A DNA stretch of 48,355 bases from Octopus sinensis (lineage: Eukaryota). The stretch covers positions 1 through 48,355 of the forward strand of contig NW_021834454.1 of the NCBI RefSeq assembly GCF_006345805.1. The letters run 5' to 3'. How positions within the stretch are numbered: the stretch's first letter is position 1; each line of letters begins with the position of its first letter. Both the position numbers and the translations under genes were made by a program. Positions 24,601 to 37,612 of this stretch are shown here, piece by piece. The notes beneath the pieces were generated by a model. The model did not search any database, was not told where the DNA came from, and saw only the letters and a program-made list of their open reading frames with translations.

Positions 24601-24929
24601 GATAACTTGAATTTACAAATATATTTACAGGGATTCGTATATACATTTGCGCGTACACATGCGCACATATGCTATTCGCTTTGGAAGAAGCATACAGACA
24701 TAGATAAATAGTTACACACTCTCAAGCATAAAGCCGCCCACAATAAGACAAAGAAACCAATGTAATTGCGCACACACATATGAACACGCATACATATGCG
24801 CACACACCAACATGCATGACTACATAAATGAACATGAGTGACAATCCGATCCATCAGAATATTCCGTGATGGATCGGATTGAAGTCCAAGGTTCCGTTTG
24901 TAAATTGACCCACGTGTTACAGTAATTAC

Positions 24930-25140
24930 TTCCTGTATTGGCACAAGGCCACACATGTTAAGCAGAGATAGTTACAGTCGATTAACTTGACCTCAACCTC
25001 GCATAACATCAGTCATACTTATTTTATGGACGACCCTGGAACGATGAAAGGCAAAAATGCATTTGAACTCAGGCCGCTCGAAACGGAAAAGGACATAATT
25101 TAACATTGCAAGAAATTTTGTCTGATAATCTTACTGGTTC
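24930..25140 (-). mobile_element. SINE family B, degraded
   Basis: GGCACAAGGCC...GATGAAAGGCAAA...ATTTGAACTCAG. Confidence 0.6.
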
Positions 25141-26439
25141 TTCTCTTCCTCTATCTTTTATCGTATGTTATTAATAATGTTAATATCATCTGAGGTAAAA
25201 CAATATTGTTTATCTGAGGAGATATTTTGCAGACATCCTATAGTCAACGAAAGCACGGCGTATATGAATAAAAAAGGGAGCATCACCATGGCTGTTTCAC
25301 CTGCTATTTGAAGTAGTAGTTAAATCTCCCTCAAATCGCTCAGTGCCATCTTTCGATAAAGGAAATCTTAGTTTCCTGAACATAAGATAAAAGCAGAGTA
25401 TCACGTTTAGAATGTGCTTCTGGTCATGGCAGACTTCGGAATAAACACCAGCAACAACTTCAAACTAAAGTAGGATATGTTTAAGAAGATACCCTATTTG
25501 CTAGATATAGCAATCAAATCTACCTCACATTAGCCGCCATCATTTTGAAAATAAGATGTGGAACATTCTAGATAATTCAGACTTAGAATGAAACACTATG
25601 CCAAAAAAAAAAATGACCAGCGTAGAAACACTTAAAAGACATTGATGGTAGGCCTGTTCTATATGTTTTAAGAAGGATTTAAATAATTTGGATCTGGTAC
25701 ACCAAAGGAGATTCTACCAAAGACCACAAGCTTTGGTGTTCTACCAAATAACAACGACACATACAAGATGCATTATCCGAACAATTTATAGACAACTGGT
25801 TTTATGATATAGAAAACAGAATATCTCAAACTGAATATTAAATTTGTGTTTAGTACCTATGTAGTCACAAGCAAGCGCAGACACAATCTCGTTCACTGTA
25901 CTCTTAAACCAGCTGTCACTTCCAGATGTGATTTCCAGATGTAACTTCCAGATGTGAATCTAGGGAGAAATAGAGCTGCACCAGCAACTACCTAGTATTC
26001 ATTAGGAATAGACTGGAGTAACGTAGAGGGGCGCTCAAGGATACAACTCGCTGCTCAATGCAGGTATCGAAACAAATATTTTATGACCAGGAAGCAAACA
26101 TGCTACGCATGTCAATGTGTGTAGCTTAGGAGGCTTAATCTTATCCTTATATCCCACGTTCTTTGGAAACCCACTACCAAAAATATACCTATCAACAATG
26201 TAGCTCCTCATTTGCATACAGCAAAAGTGCAGAACGTTCTATAAATCTTATATCAAAGAATAACATGAAATGAACGACGGAAAGCTATAAATGAAAGATC
26301 TGTCACAGTGCTTCTCGAAATGGTGGTATAGTCTACAGGGGTCAGTGGTGAACTTAAGTGGATACCGGTCACAAAAATGTGGTAGGGGTGAAAGCTACTT
26401 CTGTAGTTTTTATTTTAGTTTTTAGTCATCAAGTCCTAT

Positions 26440-26662
26440 TTATATATTAACGTTAAAATGTATTTCGTTTTTGGATTTGGTTTGCCAGATTCTTTATATG
26501 AGTTCGTGTGTTGAAGCATATTCTATTGTGTCCGGGGAGAGTCATTTTCATTTTTTGCCTTATTATGTAACACACTCACCGGTAAAATTTCCACGTTTTT
26601 CTTATTTTTGTTGTCCTAAAATTTTCGTTGCGTTTTGCAACCTGTTCAACAGTTTTGACTCT
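26440..26662 (-). mobile_element. Short cassette carrying a TGAACAG-GTTGC...GCAAC-GAAAAT motif, related to 39205-39322
   Basis: Minus strand TTGAACA-G-GTTGC-AAAAC-GCAAC-GAAA-ATTTT. The extent of the cassette is uncertain. Confidence 0.45.
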
Positions 26663-26722
26663 CTAAAATGTATCATAACTATGTATATATTGACTTTAAA
26701 AGAGTATTCAGATATAATATAA

Positions 26723-26975
26723 ATTTCACTCCCCTTCGGTCATGAATGACCATGAAATTGCACTTAGAAAGTTACACTTCCAGGCACAAGTCCGAGCAAA
26801 GTTGTTTATGGAAGACAAGCAGTGGCCCATGCATAACAGGCCCGACTCTCTACGCCAATGATGTTAGCCAAGGCAAAGGCAAAGGCCGATACAGCTTGGA
26901 AACCAGTGACGTCGCAACTCATTTGTACAGCTAAGTAAACTGTAGCAATGCGAAATAAAGTGTCTTGCTGAAGAA
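26723..26975 (-). mobile_element. SINE family D, body and tail (head missing)
   Basis: 26895-26975 is homologous to 48187-48270. Confidence 0.7.
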
Positions 26976-27014
26976 CGTATAAATGATATCTAACTCACAC
27001 TCAACGCTAGCAAC

Positions 27015-27200
27015 TTCAGTAGGATGGAATTTGTCGATATCCACGACCCAAATACTTGAGACGTATTTTACTTTATCGATTCCGAGGGGATGAAATGCAA
27101 AGCTAGCCTCAGCAGGAGTTCAACAATGAACGTAATGGGCCGGAAAAATTACAGCAAAGCATTCCTTTGATGCTGTAACAATTCTGCCAGCTTTTTGCTG
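27015..27200 (-). mobile_element. SINE family B, degraded
   Basis: TTTATCGATTCCGAGGGGATGAAATGCAAAG...ATTCTGCCAGCT. Confidence 0.6.
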
Positions 27201-27437
27201 TTTGAAATGTAATATAATGATAAAGTTATCCATAATCACAACAACAACAGAAATAACAATAACGACGACAATTTATGATAGAGCTTAAAATGTAAATAAT
27301 TAAATAAACACCATCGAATATATACCATCTAGAGTATAATATTTGCTTATGATAGGATGGTGCTATCGTAAGTAGTCACCTGCGTCAAACTTCTATCCAG
27401 AATTGAATTATTCTTGCCTGATAGTATATAGCTGTGT

Positions 27438-27651
27438 AAGGCAGTGAGCTGGCAGAATCGTTAGCACGCCGGGCGAAATGTTAATCAATATTTCGTCCGT
27501 CTTTACTCCATGAGTTCAAATTTCACCGGGGTAGACTTTGCCTTTCAACTTTTTGGTGTCGATAAAATAAGTACCATTTGAGTACTGAGGTCGATGTAAT
27601 CGACTAAGTCCCGCCCTCAAATTTCAGGCCTTGTGCCTCTAGTAGAAAGGA
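27438..27651 (+). mobile_element. SINE family B
   Basis: AAGGCAGTGAGCTGGCAGAATCGTTAGCACG...AGTAGAAAGGA. Confidence 0.9.
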
Positions 27652-28140
27652 TATTATGTAGATGTGTTAAAGAAAGGTTGACAGTGCAGGTGGAGTGGGG
27701 TTTGTCTTTAGTAGTACCTAAGTGGCTTTGAAGAATTGTTAGAAAGCAAAAAGCGGTGATAATTATGAAAATGTCTGTGAAGTAATGTTGTTTTGTGGTG
27801 TGGTCACAGTCTGCTTAAAAACAGAAAATCGTCCACTTATCTTATTCTACGCGGTTACACAATCTGGTAAGTATAATAGACATATCTACAGCAAATCACA
27901 CCTTAATTTTGTAAAGGATGGTGCTCCAGCATGACCACCGTCAAATGACTGAAAGAAGTAAAAGAATACAAGAAAAACGTTCCGTCCCACTTAAACAAGA
28001 GGGTTCTCTGAATATGTACGATGTATTATAAGGTTAAATAGTAATTCCATTTAGGTTTGTGTAACTGAGATATTTTGGTTGGATTATATAGTCATTGGCG
28101 TTACATTATATTCTATATTCTGTAACTGTCACGATATACT

Positions 28141-28287
28141 TTTCTAGGCCTGAAATGTTTGTGGAGAGGGGTCCAGTTGATTAGAACGACTCCAGCACAC
28201 AACTGGTACTTAATTTATCGACCCCGAATGGACGAAATATAAAGTCTACCTCGGCAGAATTTGAACAAAGAACGTAAAGACAGACGG
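28141..28287 (-). mobile_element. SINE family B, 3' part
   Basis: CTGGTACTTAATTTATCGACCCCGAA...CTCGGCAGAATTTGAAC. Confidence 0.8.
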
Positions 28288-28822
28288 TCATAATATACAA
28301 ACATTTCTCATGGCACCAGTACACTGTTTACAGATGCTTACATTTTTTATGTTTTCCGTGAATTTTTCACGGTCCATCTAGTTCCTTATTATTACTTCTA
28401 TTTGATATGGTTTTGCATAGAGTTTTATCACTCAAACAAATTCGGTGTCGTACATGTTTAATTACATATTGCGCATAATATTAACAAAGATTTATATTAA
28501 GAGAGAAACTTTTGACAATGTTAATTAGATCTTCTCCAAGGCCAGATATCTCCCTTAACTCTGCAGCTGAACAAGAATGTAATTGAGTAAGCAAAATATT
28601 TTCAGATGCGTACAAAAACCTGTCAAACTTTTAAATTATTTAAAATATTTCACGGGTCTAGCTAGTCAATTATTATTATCTCCACTAACACTAAAGAATT
28701 CCTGAAGTAGATCCAGCGGATATATATCCCAACGTTGGATGACAGCAGGTAGCCAAAACCGGGAAACGTGCTTTACTCAACACACTAATTAACATGTACC
28801 AATTTGTCCCAAAAGCCACAAA

Positions 28823-28872
<50 letters not shown>

Positions 28873-28873
<1 letters not shown>

Positions 28874-29084
28874 TCTTTTACTTGTGTCAGTCATTTGACT
28901 GTGGCTATGCTGGAGCACAACCTTTAGTCAAGCAAATTGACCCCAGGACTTATTGTTTGTATGCCTAGTACTTATTCTATCGGTCACTTTTGCCGAACCG
29001 CTAATGTTACGGGGCGTAAACACACTAGCATCGGTTGTCAAGCGATGTTGGGAGGACAAACACAGACACACAAGCACAGACACA

Positions 29085-29150
<66 letters not shown>

Positions 29151-29292
29151 AACGATAGGCTTATTTTAGGTTCCCTGTACCAAATCCACTCACAAGTCTT
29201 CGGTCGGCCCGAGACTATAGTAGAAGACACTTGACCAAGGTACCACGCAATGGGACTGAACCCGGAACCATGTGGTTGGTAAGCAAGCTACT
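28873..29292 (-). mobile_element. SINE family C, near full length
   Basis: Colinear with 4214-4622. Confidence 0.9.
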
Positions 29293-29816
29293 TTCTTAAA
29301 AAAATTTTGCCATACAGGCATGATACAGAGTAGCTTGCGGGCTGGACAAAGACATTGATGAGGTGAATGATGATAAGGATGATATAAATGGGAGAAGACA
29401 AAAAACGCCCGCCGATTTTCTGCTTCTCTAAAACATTATTCTCTTTTTTTTTTCACAGAATAAGACAAAACGAGTTAATGAACCTCTTACTTCAGTTTTA
29501 CAAATTTTTGGACTAATAGTCCATTTAAAAATTGGGGCGTTAAGCCTCTTCAACACAATAACATGCAATAAACATTAGACATTGTATCACTGGTATGCAG
29601 ATAGCACAATACAGAACGAACTGAAAAGTCACGGTTAGATTAATCGTGGGCATAGGGACGGCACCTTACAACTACATCTGGCATCTACATTTATACATAT
29701 AGTTACACACTATACAGATATATTTATCCGTATGGAGATAGCAGTATATACGTGTGCAAGATTTGATTGTCTAAGCTTTCAATTAATGAAACCATACAAA
29801 AATGAGGAATATAATT

Positions 29817-30408
29817 AAGGCGGCGAGCTGGCAGAAACGTTAGCACGCCGGGCGAAATGCTTAGCAGTTTTTCGTCTGCCGCTACGTTCTGAGTTCAAAT
29901 TCCACCGAGGTCGACTTTGCCTTTCATCCTTTCGGGGTTAATTAAATAAGTACCAATTACGCACTGGGGTCGTTATAATCGACTTAATCCTTTTGTCTGC
30001 CCTTGTTTGACCTCTCTGTGTTTAGCCCCTTGTGGGTAGTAAAGAAATAGGTATTTCGTCTGCCGCTGCGTTCTGAATTCAAATTCCGCCGAGGTAGACT
30101 TTGCCTTTCATCCTTTCGGGGTCAATTAACTAAGTACCAGTTACGCATTTGGGTCGATATAATCAACTTAATCCGTTTGTCTGTCCTTGCTTGACCTCTC
30201 TGTGTTTAGCCCCTTGTGGGTAGTAAAGAAATAGGTATTTCGTCTGTCTTTGCGTCCGAGTTCAAATTCTGCCATGGTCGACTTTGTCGTTCATCCTTTC
30301 GGGGGTCGATAGAATAACTACAAACTGAGGAATGGAGTCGATGTAATCCAATTACCATTTCCGCTAAAATTGCTGGTCTTGTGCCAAAAGTTGAAACCAT
30401 TATTATTA
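29817..30408 (+). mobile_element. SINE family B with tandemly repeated ~184-bp body (3 units)
   Basis: One head, then TTTCGTCTG restarts at ~29870, 30054 and 30238. Confidence 0.9.
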
Positions 30409-31531
30409 ATGGTTTCAATAATAACAGCACCAGCCAAAGATGGAATTTAAAATTAAGGTAAACGAAAGACCTAAATAATAATGAAAAAAAAATGAATTAC
30501 TAAATAATGTAAAAATGTTGAAGTTTGAATTTAAAGTAAGAAAGTCGGAAGCGAACTGAAACAAAACAAAAAAAAAATCAAATAAATCAAAGAGAAGAAG
30601 ATTGCGTGAAAGAAAGGAAGAGGAAAGGGAGAAAGAAAAAATAGGATTTAGACATAAAACGGAAAAAGAAGAAAGGAACAAAAATAGAGAGAAACGAAAC
30701 GAAGAAAGTATTAACCTTTATACGTGAATACAACGGCTCTTGTAGAAGAAAAGTAGACTTGAAAATCGTTCAGTTGAGGGTATATGGAATGGCTGGAAGT
30801 TAAAGAGACATAAAACAGAGGTGGTTCCCTTTTTTCTCGCTGTTTTCAATGTGAAGAGATAAAAGGCTAAATCGAAGCTGACAGTTCACATGGGAATATA
30901 AATATTCCGCTGGTTCGATTGCACGATGTGCCAAGAATTAGAGCAAAGATCGAACAGTGAACGAAATTTCAAGCTGACTTCAAAGACTATTGAGTTTCGT
31001 ACTTACGTTTCAAAATTTTCGAATTTCAAATGAAGTGATGTTGGCTGCAGGGGCCGCTAAATGTGAACAGTTGTACGTATGGAGAACGGAGAGTTAAGGA
31101 CGGGGGAATGGGAGATTATAGGAACGAAGAATGTATTATCTGAGATATTTGAATGAGTTTGGTAGTGAGAGCTGAGATTTTAAAGTTAAAAGTTAAATAT
31201 CCTTACAGCATATTAAAAACCTTGCATACGCGAAGAGAGAGAGAGAGAGGGGGGGGAGAAGAGAAAGAGAATGAGAAAGAGAGGGAAAGAGTGGGACTGG
31301 AGAGAAAAACGAAAACTGAAAGCATAATGTAAATACAGTTGCACAGAAATATGTCTAAACATGAAGATGGGTCCTCCATCGGTTTCCACGATGATCATAC
31401 ATTTCTTTCATCAAATGAATTACTCATGCAAGTATTAACGTGCAAGTATGAGAGTATTTTAAAGGTACATTAAAGTACCGTTAAGGAAATTCTGGCGCAC
31501 ACTAAGTGAGCCATGATGTGCTTTCACCATT

Positions 31532-33239
31532 GAATTATAGATTCAATGATTCCACCAAGTTTCCATACAGTTTCCGTGTATCACCTTTCGTTAACAAGGA
31601 CGACTTTGAAGCAACAGTAAGTGACACTCGAACAAGTTGGTACGGATTCGAATGGAATTCAGTATCTTTTAAGTGCGAAGCGATTTTGAACACTCGGCCA
31701 TGCCAAAGTCCATATCAGAATTATAGATTCAATGATTATACCGAGCTTCCATATAGTTTCCGTACATCACCTTTCGTTAACAAGGTTCACGATGACTTGA
31801 AGCAACAGTAAGTGGCACTCGCATAAGTTGGTGCGAATTCGAATGGAACTCAGTATCTTTTAAGTGCGAAGCGATTTTGAACACTCGGCCATGCCAAAGT
31901 CCATATCAGAATTATAGATCCAATGATTATACCGAGCTTCCATATAGTTTCCGTACATCACCTTTCGTTAACAAGGTTCACGATGACTTGAAGCAACAGT
32001 AAGTGGCACTCGCATAAGTTGGTGCGAATTCGAATGGAACTCAGTATCTTTTAAGTGCGAAGCGATTTTGAACACTCGGCCATGCCAAAGTCCATATCAG
32101 AATTATAGATTCAATGATTATACCAACTTCCATATAGTTTCCGTACATCACCTTTCGTTAACAAGGTTCACGATGACTTGAAGCAACAGTAAGTGGCACT
32201 CGCATAAGTTGGTGCGAATTCGAATGGAACTCAGTATCTTTTAAGTGCGAAGCGATTTTGAACACTCGGCCATGCCAAAGTCCATATCAGAATTATAGAT
32301 TCAATGATTATACCGAGCTTCCATATAGTTTCCGTACATCACCTTTCGTTAACAAGGTTCACGATGACTTGAAGCAACAGTAAGTGGCACTCGCATAAGT
32401 TGGTGCGAATTCGAATGGAACTCAGTATCTTTTAAGTGCGAAGCGATTTTGAACACTCGGCCATGCCAAAGTCCATATCAGAATTATAGATTCAATGATT
32501 ATACCAACTTCCATATAGTTTCCGTACATCACCTTTCGTTAACAAGGTTCACGATGACTTGAAGCAACAGTAGTGGCACTCGCATAAGTTGGTGCGAATT
32601 CGAATGGAACTCAGTATCTTTTAAGTGCGAAGCGATTTTGAACACTCGGCCATGCCAAAGTCCATATCAGATTATAGATTCAATGATTATACCGAGCTTC
32701 CATATAGTTTCCGTGCATCACCTTTCGTTAACAAGGTTCACGATGACTTGAAGCAACAGTAAGTGGCACTCGCATAAGTTGGTGCGAATTCGAATGGAAC
32801 TCAGTATATTTTAAGTGCGAAGCGATTTTGAACACTCGGCCATGCCAAAGTCCATATCAGAATTATAGATTCAATGATTATACCGAGCTTCCATATAGTT
32901 TCCGTACATCACCTTTCGTTAACAAGGTTCACGATGACTTGAAGCAACAGTAAGTGGCACTCGCATAAGTTGGTGCGAATTCGAATGGAACTCAGTATCT
33001 TTTAAGTGCGAAGCGACATTGAACACTCGGTCATGCCAAAGTCCATATCAGAATTATAGATTCAATGATTATACCGAGCTTCCATATAGTTTCCGTACAT
33101 CACCTTTCGTTAACAAGGTTCACGATGACTTGAAGCAACAGTAAGTGGCACTCGCATAAGTTGGTGCGAATTCGAATGGAACTCAGTATCTTTTAAGTGC
33201 GAAGCGACATTGAACACTCGGTCATGCCAAAGTCCATAT
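31532..33239. repeat. Satellite: 9 tandem units of ~191 bp
   Basis: Unit starts at 31532, 31718, 31909, 32100, 32290, 32481, 32670, 32860, 33051. Units 2-9 are nearly identical. Confidence 0.98.
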
Positions 33240-33267
33240 TTGAATGTATGTATATCTAGTGTAGGGT

Positions 33268-33480
33268 TGAAGTCAACAAGCTGGTAGAATCTTTAGCATG
33301 GTGGGAAAATGCTTAGAGGTATTTCGTCCATCTATATGTTCTGAGTTCAAATAACGCCGAGGTCGACTTATCCTTTTATTATTTCGAGGTCGATAACAAA
33401 TACCAGTTGAGTATTGGATTCCGTATCATCTATTTCCACCCTCCCTCAAAATTGCTGGCCCCGTGATAAAATCGGAAATC
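33268..33480 (+). mobile_element. SINE family B, degraded
   Basis: AGCTGGTAGAATC...GTTCTGAGTTCAAAT...GAGGTCGACTT. Confidence 0.78.
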
Positions 33481-33497
33481 GATATATAATGCAGAGT

Positions 33498-33500
<3 letters not shown>

Positions 33501-33560
<60 letters not shown>

Positions 33561-33716
33561 TATATATATATACATCCATATACTCACTCACATACATGCA
33601 ACTATGAAGACAAACATTAAATACTGTTCATCTTGCAGGTCGCATGTAGCAAACGATTCCCTCACAGTGGACACCATATCGATTAATAAACCTGCTTTGG
33701 AGCATATATACGAACA

Positions 33717-33756
<40 letters not shown>

Positions 33757-33960
33757 ACACACAAATACACACACATATGAATATACACACACATATGTAT
33801 ATGCACGCACATATGTAATGCATACATGCATATATATATATATCATACATGTGTATCTGTCTATACATATATATGCGTGTGTGAGTGTATATACACGTAT
33901 ACACACAGAACCACACATAGAAACTCATATATATATATACACCTACAGACATACATACAC
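33501..33960. repeat. (TA)n/(CA)n microsatellite cluster
   Basis: Direct reading. Confidence 0.9.
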
Positions 33961-34938
33961 AACAGGGAGAAAAGAGAGAGCGAAAGGAGTGGGGGACTCA
34001 GGCACACACAAGATCTCGCTGAAGAGGAAATATTGTTACAAAGTAATACGATGATGATAGGATAGATGAAGGAACAGAACGCAGAAAAGGAGGGAAGGAG
34101 TTGGAGAGCGGAAGGTAAACGGGAGAGAAAAGAATACCAGAAGAATAAATAAGGACAAGAAGAAAGAAGAGAAAAAGAGCAAGTGGAATCATAAGAACAC
34201 TTAGAAACCGTTTGAAATGCATTGTTCAATCTCTACTTTCAACATTTCCTACAAGGACTAAGGTACAAATTCTTTCTTTTCTTATAGAATTCTTTTTGAA
34301 CTGAACAGGTTCTTTTTTCTTTTTCAAAAGGATTCTTGCTTACTCGAGATAAAATTTTAGGTTGAGATTTAACTTTTTTTTTTCCGCTGATAAATAAAAT
34401 TCTTCAGTTTTCGTAAATATATTGAACGTTCAAAGTAGTCCCTCAACATCCTTGAAATAACCGTCACTTCTCCGTTAAATTCGACTCCATGCCCAAATTT
34501 AAACAGTATTAATCGAGGAATAATACGTTAGGTAATACAGTCCAAATGAACAGTGTTAAAAATTTAGCCGGGGTCGCCATTACTGGAACTCCTTAATAGC
34601 ACTCTGATGCTCTCTGTGATCTGGATACAACGATAGAAAACAATGATCTGGATACAAAAGATAGAAAAATGCATTAGTATATTTGCTATTATCCATCATT
34701 TAGATTAAAACTAAACATGGCAGAATATTGACCACACGGTATATTTTCCTGTTTATCTAAAGCTAGTTTATCGAATTATGATTTTATTATTACGGAAGAG
34801 AGTTGTTCGGAAAAGATATTATGTTGTTACGATGCGCAAATATACAGGATCTAACATGCCTCATATTGACACTATACAGTTAAAAAGTCGCATTAAGCGA
34901 GTGTAGAGGCTCGATACGGCGGCATTGTCATTTTGTTT

Positions 34939-35256
34939 GGAAGCACTCCGTCGGTTACGACGATGAGGGTTCCGGTTGATCTGAACCAACGGAACAGCCT
35001 GCTCGTGAAATTAACGTGTAAGTGGCTGAGCACTCCACAGACACGTGTACCCTTAACGTAGTTCTCGGGGATATTCAGCGTGACACAGAGAGTGACAAGG
35101 CCGGCCCCTTGAAATACAGGTACAACAGAAACAGGAAGTAAGAGTGAGAGAAAGTTGTGGTGAAAGAGTACAGCAGGGATCACCACCATCCCCTGCCGGA
35201 GCCTCGTGGAGCTTTTAGGTGTTTTCGCTCAATAAACACTCACAACGCCCGGTCTG
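34939..35256 (-). mobile_element. SINE family A, 5'-truncated, 13-bp TSD
   Basis: Reverse complement of ~1397-1714. TSD TGTC(A/G)TTTTGTTT at 34926-34938 and 35257-35269. Confidence 0.92.
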
Positions 35257-35583
35257 TGTCGTTTTGTTTAGTCCCAGTGACGCCATAATCGAGTGTAGAG
35301 ACTCGAAAATGGTCAATGTTGTTGTTGCTGCTTAATCCAGAGACATATTACTCAATTATACAAGCTTCAAAGAATGATTCATATCATTGTTGTTGACGAC
35401 ACCCAGAAGAACCATAATCGAGTGTAGAATCTTCCAACAATTCTTTATTCTGTTGCTGTAGCATAGCCTGAGACTTTTCTTAATCCAGTGAGTAGCTTTC
35501 CTACAATAGTTTAAATCGTATCGGTCCCTTGATCATAGAGGCGCCTTCATTGAATGTAGCAGTCTCCAACGATGCTTAATATT

Positions 35584-35827
35584 TTTTTTGTTGCCCACAA
35601 GGGGTTGAACATAGAGGGGACAAACAAAGACAGACAAAGGGATTAAGTCGATTACATCGACCCCAGTGCGGAACGAGTACCTTATTTATCGACCCCGAAA
35701 GGATGAAAGGCAAAGTCGACCTCGGCGGACTTAGAACTCAGAACGTAACGACAAACGAAATACCGCTGAGCATTTCGCCCGGCGCGCTAACGTGTCTGCC
35801 AGCTCACCGCCTTAAAAAAAAAAACTT
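35584..35827 (-). mobile_element. SINE family B, 11-bp TSD
   Basis: TSD TGCTTAATATT at 35573-35583 and 35828-35838. Confidence 0.92.
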
Positions 35828-36489
35828 TGCTTAATATTGTCATTGCTTAGCTCAAGGCACATCTTGTAGAAAATTTCCACGGTGGTTTATATTGTTCTTA
35901 CAGCTTAGTCACAGAGCCATCTTGAGGTCTGTCATAGCGCATGTAGTTGTTAGGTAAACCCATATTCGCATTTATAGTGTAACTCTATGACCAAAGACAT
36001 TTCAGCGCTAACCATCACATCTATATCTTTACGACGGTGCATATGGACTAAATTAGGCATTTTTTTCCCTTGACTTTGTCAGCTCTCTTGAACATACCTT
36101 CGTCGAAGCATAGAACTTTCGCTCTCAATGACTTTGTAAAGTCATTAGGTATTGGTTAATTTTACAATGGTAATAACCTACTATGCAAAACATGATTTCC
36201 TAAGTACTCATTCAATGTGTCTGCATCAGAATATGATATCATTTCGTCATCAATACAGCTGCTTCAAAGCACATGTTTGAAACTAAGAGGCAAAATAGTA
36301 ATCACAAGCATTATGTGGCAAAAATTTGAATAAATTACAAGCAGTTAGGAATGCATACATACATGCATATTGTACATACATTTATATACATAACTTAAAT
36401 AACTTAGATATGCTCCGACCAAAGATTGATCCAGTCCATGTCTAACTTAATATCACCACCTAATAGGATTTTCTAAATCCTTTTAAAGT

Positions 36490-37120
36490 CAAGTTTTGTG
36501 GTATCATGGGCCATTCAAGTAGGGAGTTCTTGTTGAGTGAATTGTAACCAGATATACGTGGCTTATCTGGTATCCCTTGAAGAAATTTGTCCAGATTCCG
36601 TTTAAAAGAGATGCGATCTTTTTTTTTGGGGGGGGGGGGACGATGTTCAATAGTTCAGGGTCTATTGAGGGAAAGAAATTGTGTTGCAGTGTATTCATGT
36701 GTTGTGACCCAAAACTGTGTAAGGGAGGTATAGCAGGTGGTCCTGGCCTTGCATGAATTCTAAAACTAATGTTAAGTTCGTTTGGGCAATGATGGCACTC
36801 ACACACGCATACACACACACACACATAAACACACACACACATAGAACAAGTACACAAAATGAGATGACAAAGGCCAAAATGTTTTTCCTATTGATTTCAT
36901 AAGTTTACATCAGTTCCTTACGTAAGAAGCAGTGACTTATAACTGAATGTCTCCGTAACACCTTACAGCTGCATCGAAGTTCTGAGTCCATTGCTTCGCA
37001 CACAGAAACAGCTTATAAGCTAATGGGGATTCTTGATTAGTTCTTTGTCATCTCGTTCTCTTATAACTCTTCTGTACTCCGTTAAGGTTTCGCTCTGAAG
37101 CATAAGTATCTGTAGTACTG
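36490..37120 (-). pseudogene. CR1-type LINE ORF2 C-terminal relic
   Basis: HNFFPSIDPELLNIVP /frameshift/ KDRISFKRNLDKFLQGIPDKPRISGYNSLNKNSLLEW. A weaker RT-like stretch (YRRVIRERDDKEL...CKVL) lies at ~36950-37080. Confidence 0.65.
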
Positions 37121-37196
37121 CATCAGGTTATTAGCCTTTAATACCTACGCGAAAGACATGAATACATGCATGCACACACACATACACACACACACA

Positions 37197-37237
<41 letters not shown>

Positions 37238-37238
<1 letters not shown>

Positions 37239-37572
37239 ATAAAGGGTGGAATATAATTAATTTAATAAAATTAATCAATTTCACCTAGTAGATTTATCGG
37301 TATGAAAAAGACCATATTTGGTAAGGGTTATAATAATTATAATTAAGGGTTAAATGCAACAAGTTGCCCAAAACCACATACCGAAAATATTAGAAATAGC
37401 AGCCAAAATTGATCACTATTTCCTCTACTAATAAAAATTCTCCACAAACAAACGGAATTTGTAAGCTGTATATGGCATTGCCATATACAGCTTACAATTC
37501 CGTTTGTTTGTGGAGACTTTTTATTAGTAGAGGAAATAGTGATCAATTTTGGCTGCTATTTCTAATATTTTC

Positions 37573-37577
<5 letters not shown>
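37238..37577. mobile_element. Fold-back cassette between (TA)n tracts; near-perfect 200-bp palindrome at 37378-37577
   Basis: Centre ATGGCA-T-TGCCAT at 37471-37483. The arms differ by only a few bases. Confidence 0.85.

Positions 37578-37612
<35 letters not shown>

Noticed and set aside
25914-25960. 3 x 13-bp repeat (TTCCAGATGT core) as a regulatory array
   Set aside because: Most simply explained by local slippage, with no associated gene.
31532-33239. CRISPR-like array
   Set aside because: Units repeat end to end with no unique spacers, there are no cas genes, and the context is eukaryotic.
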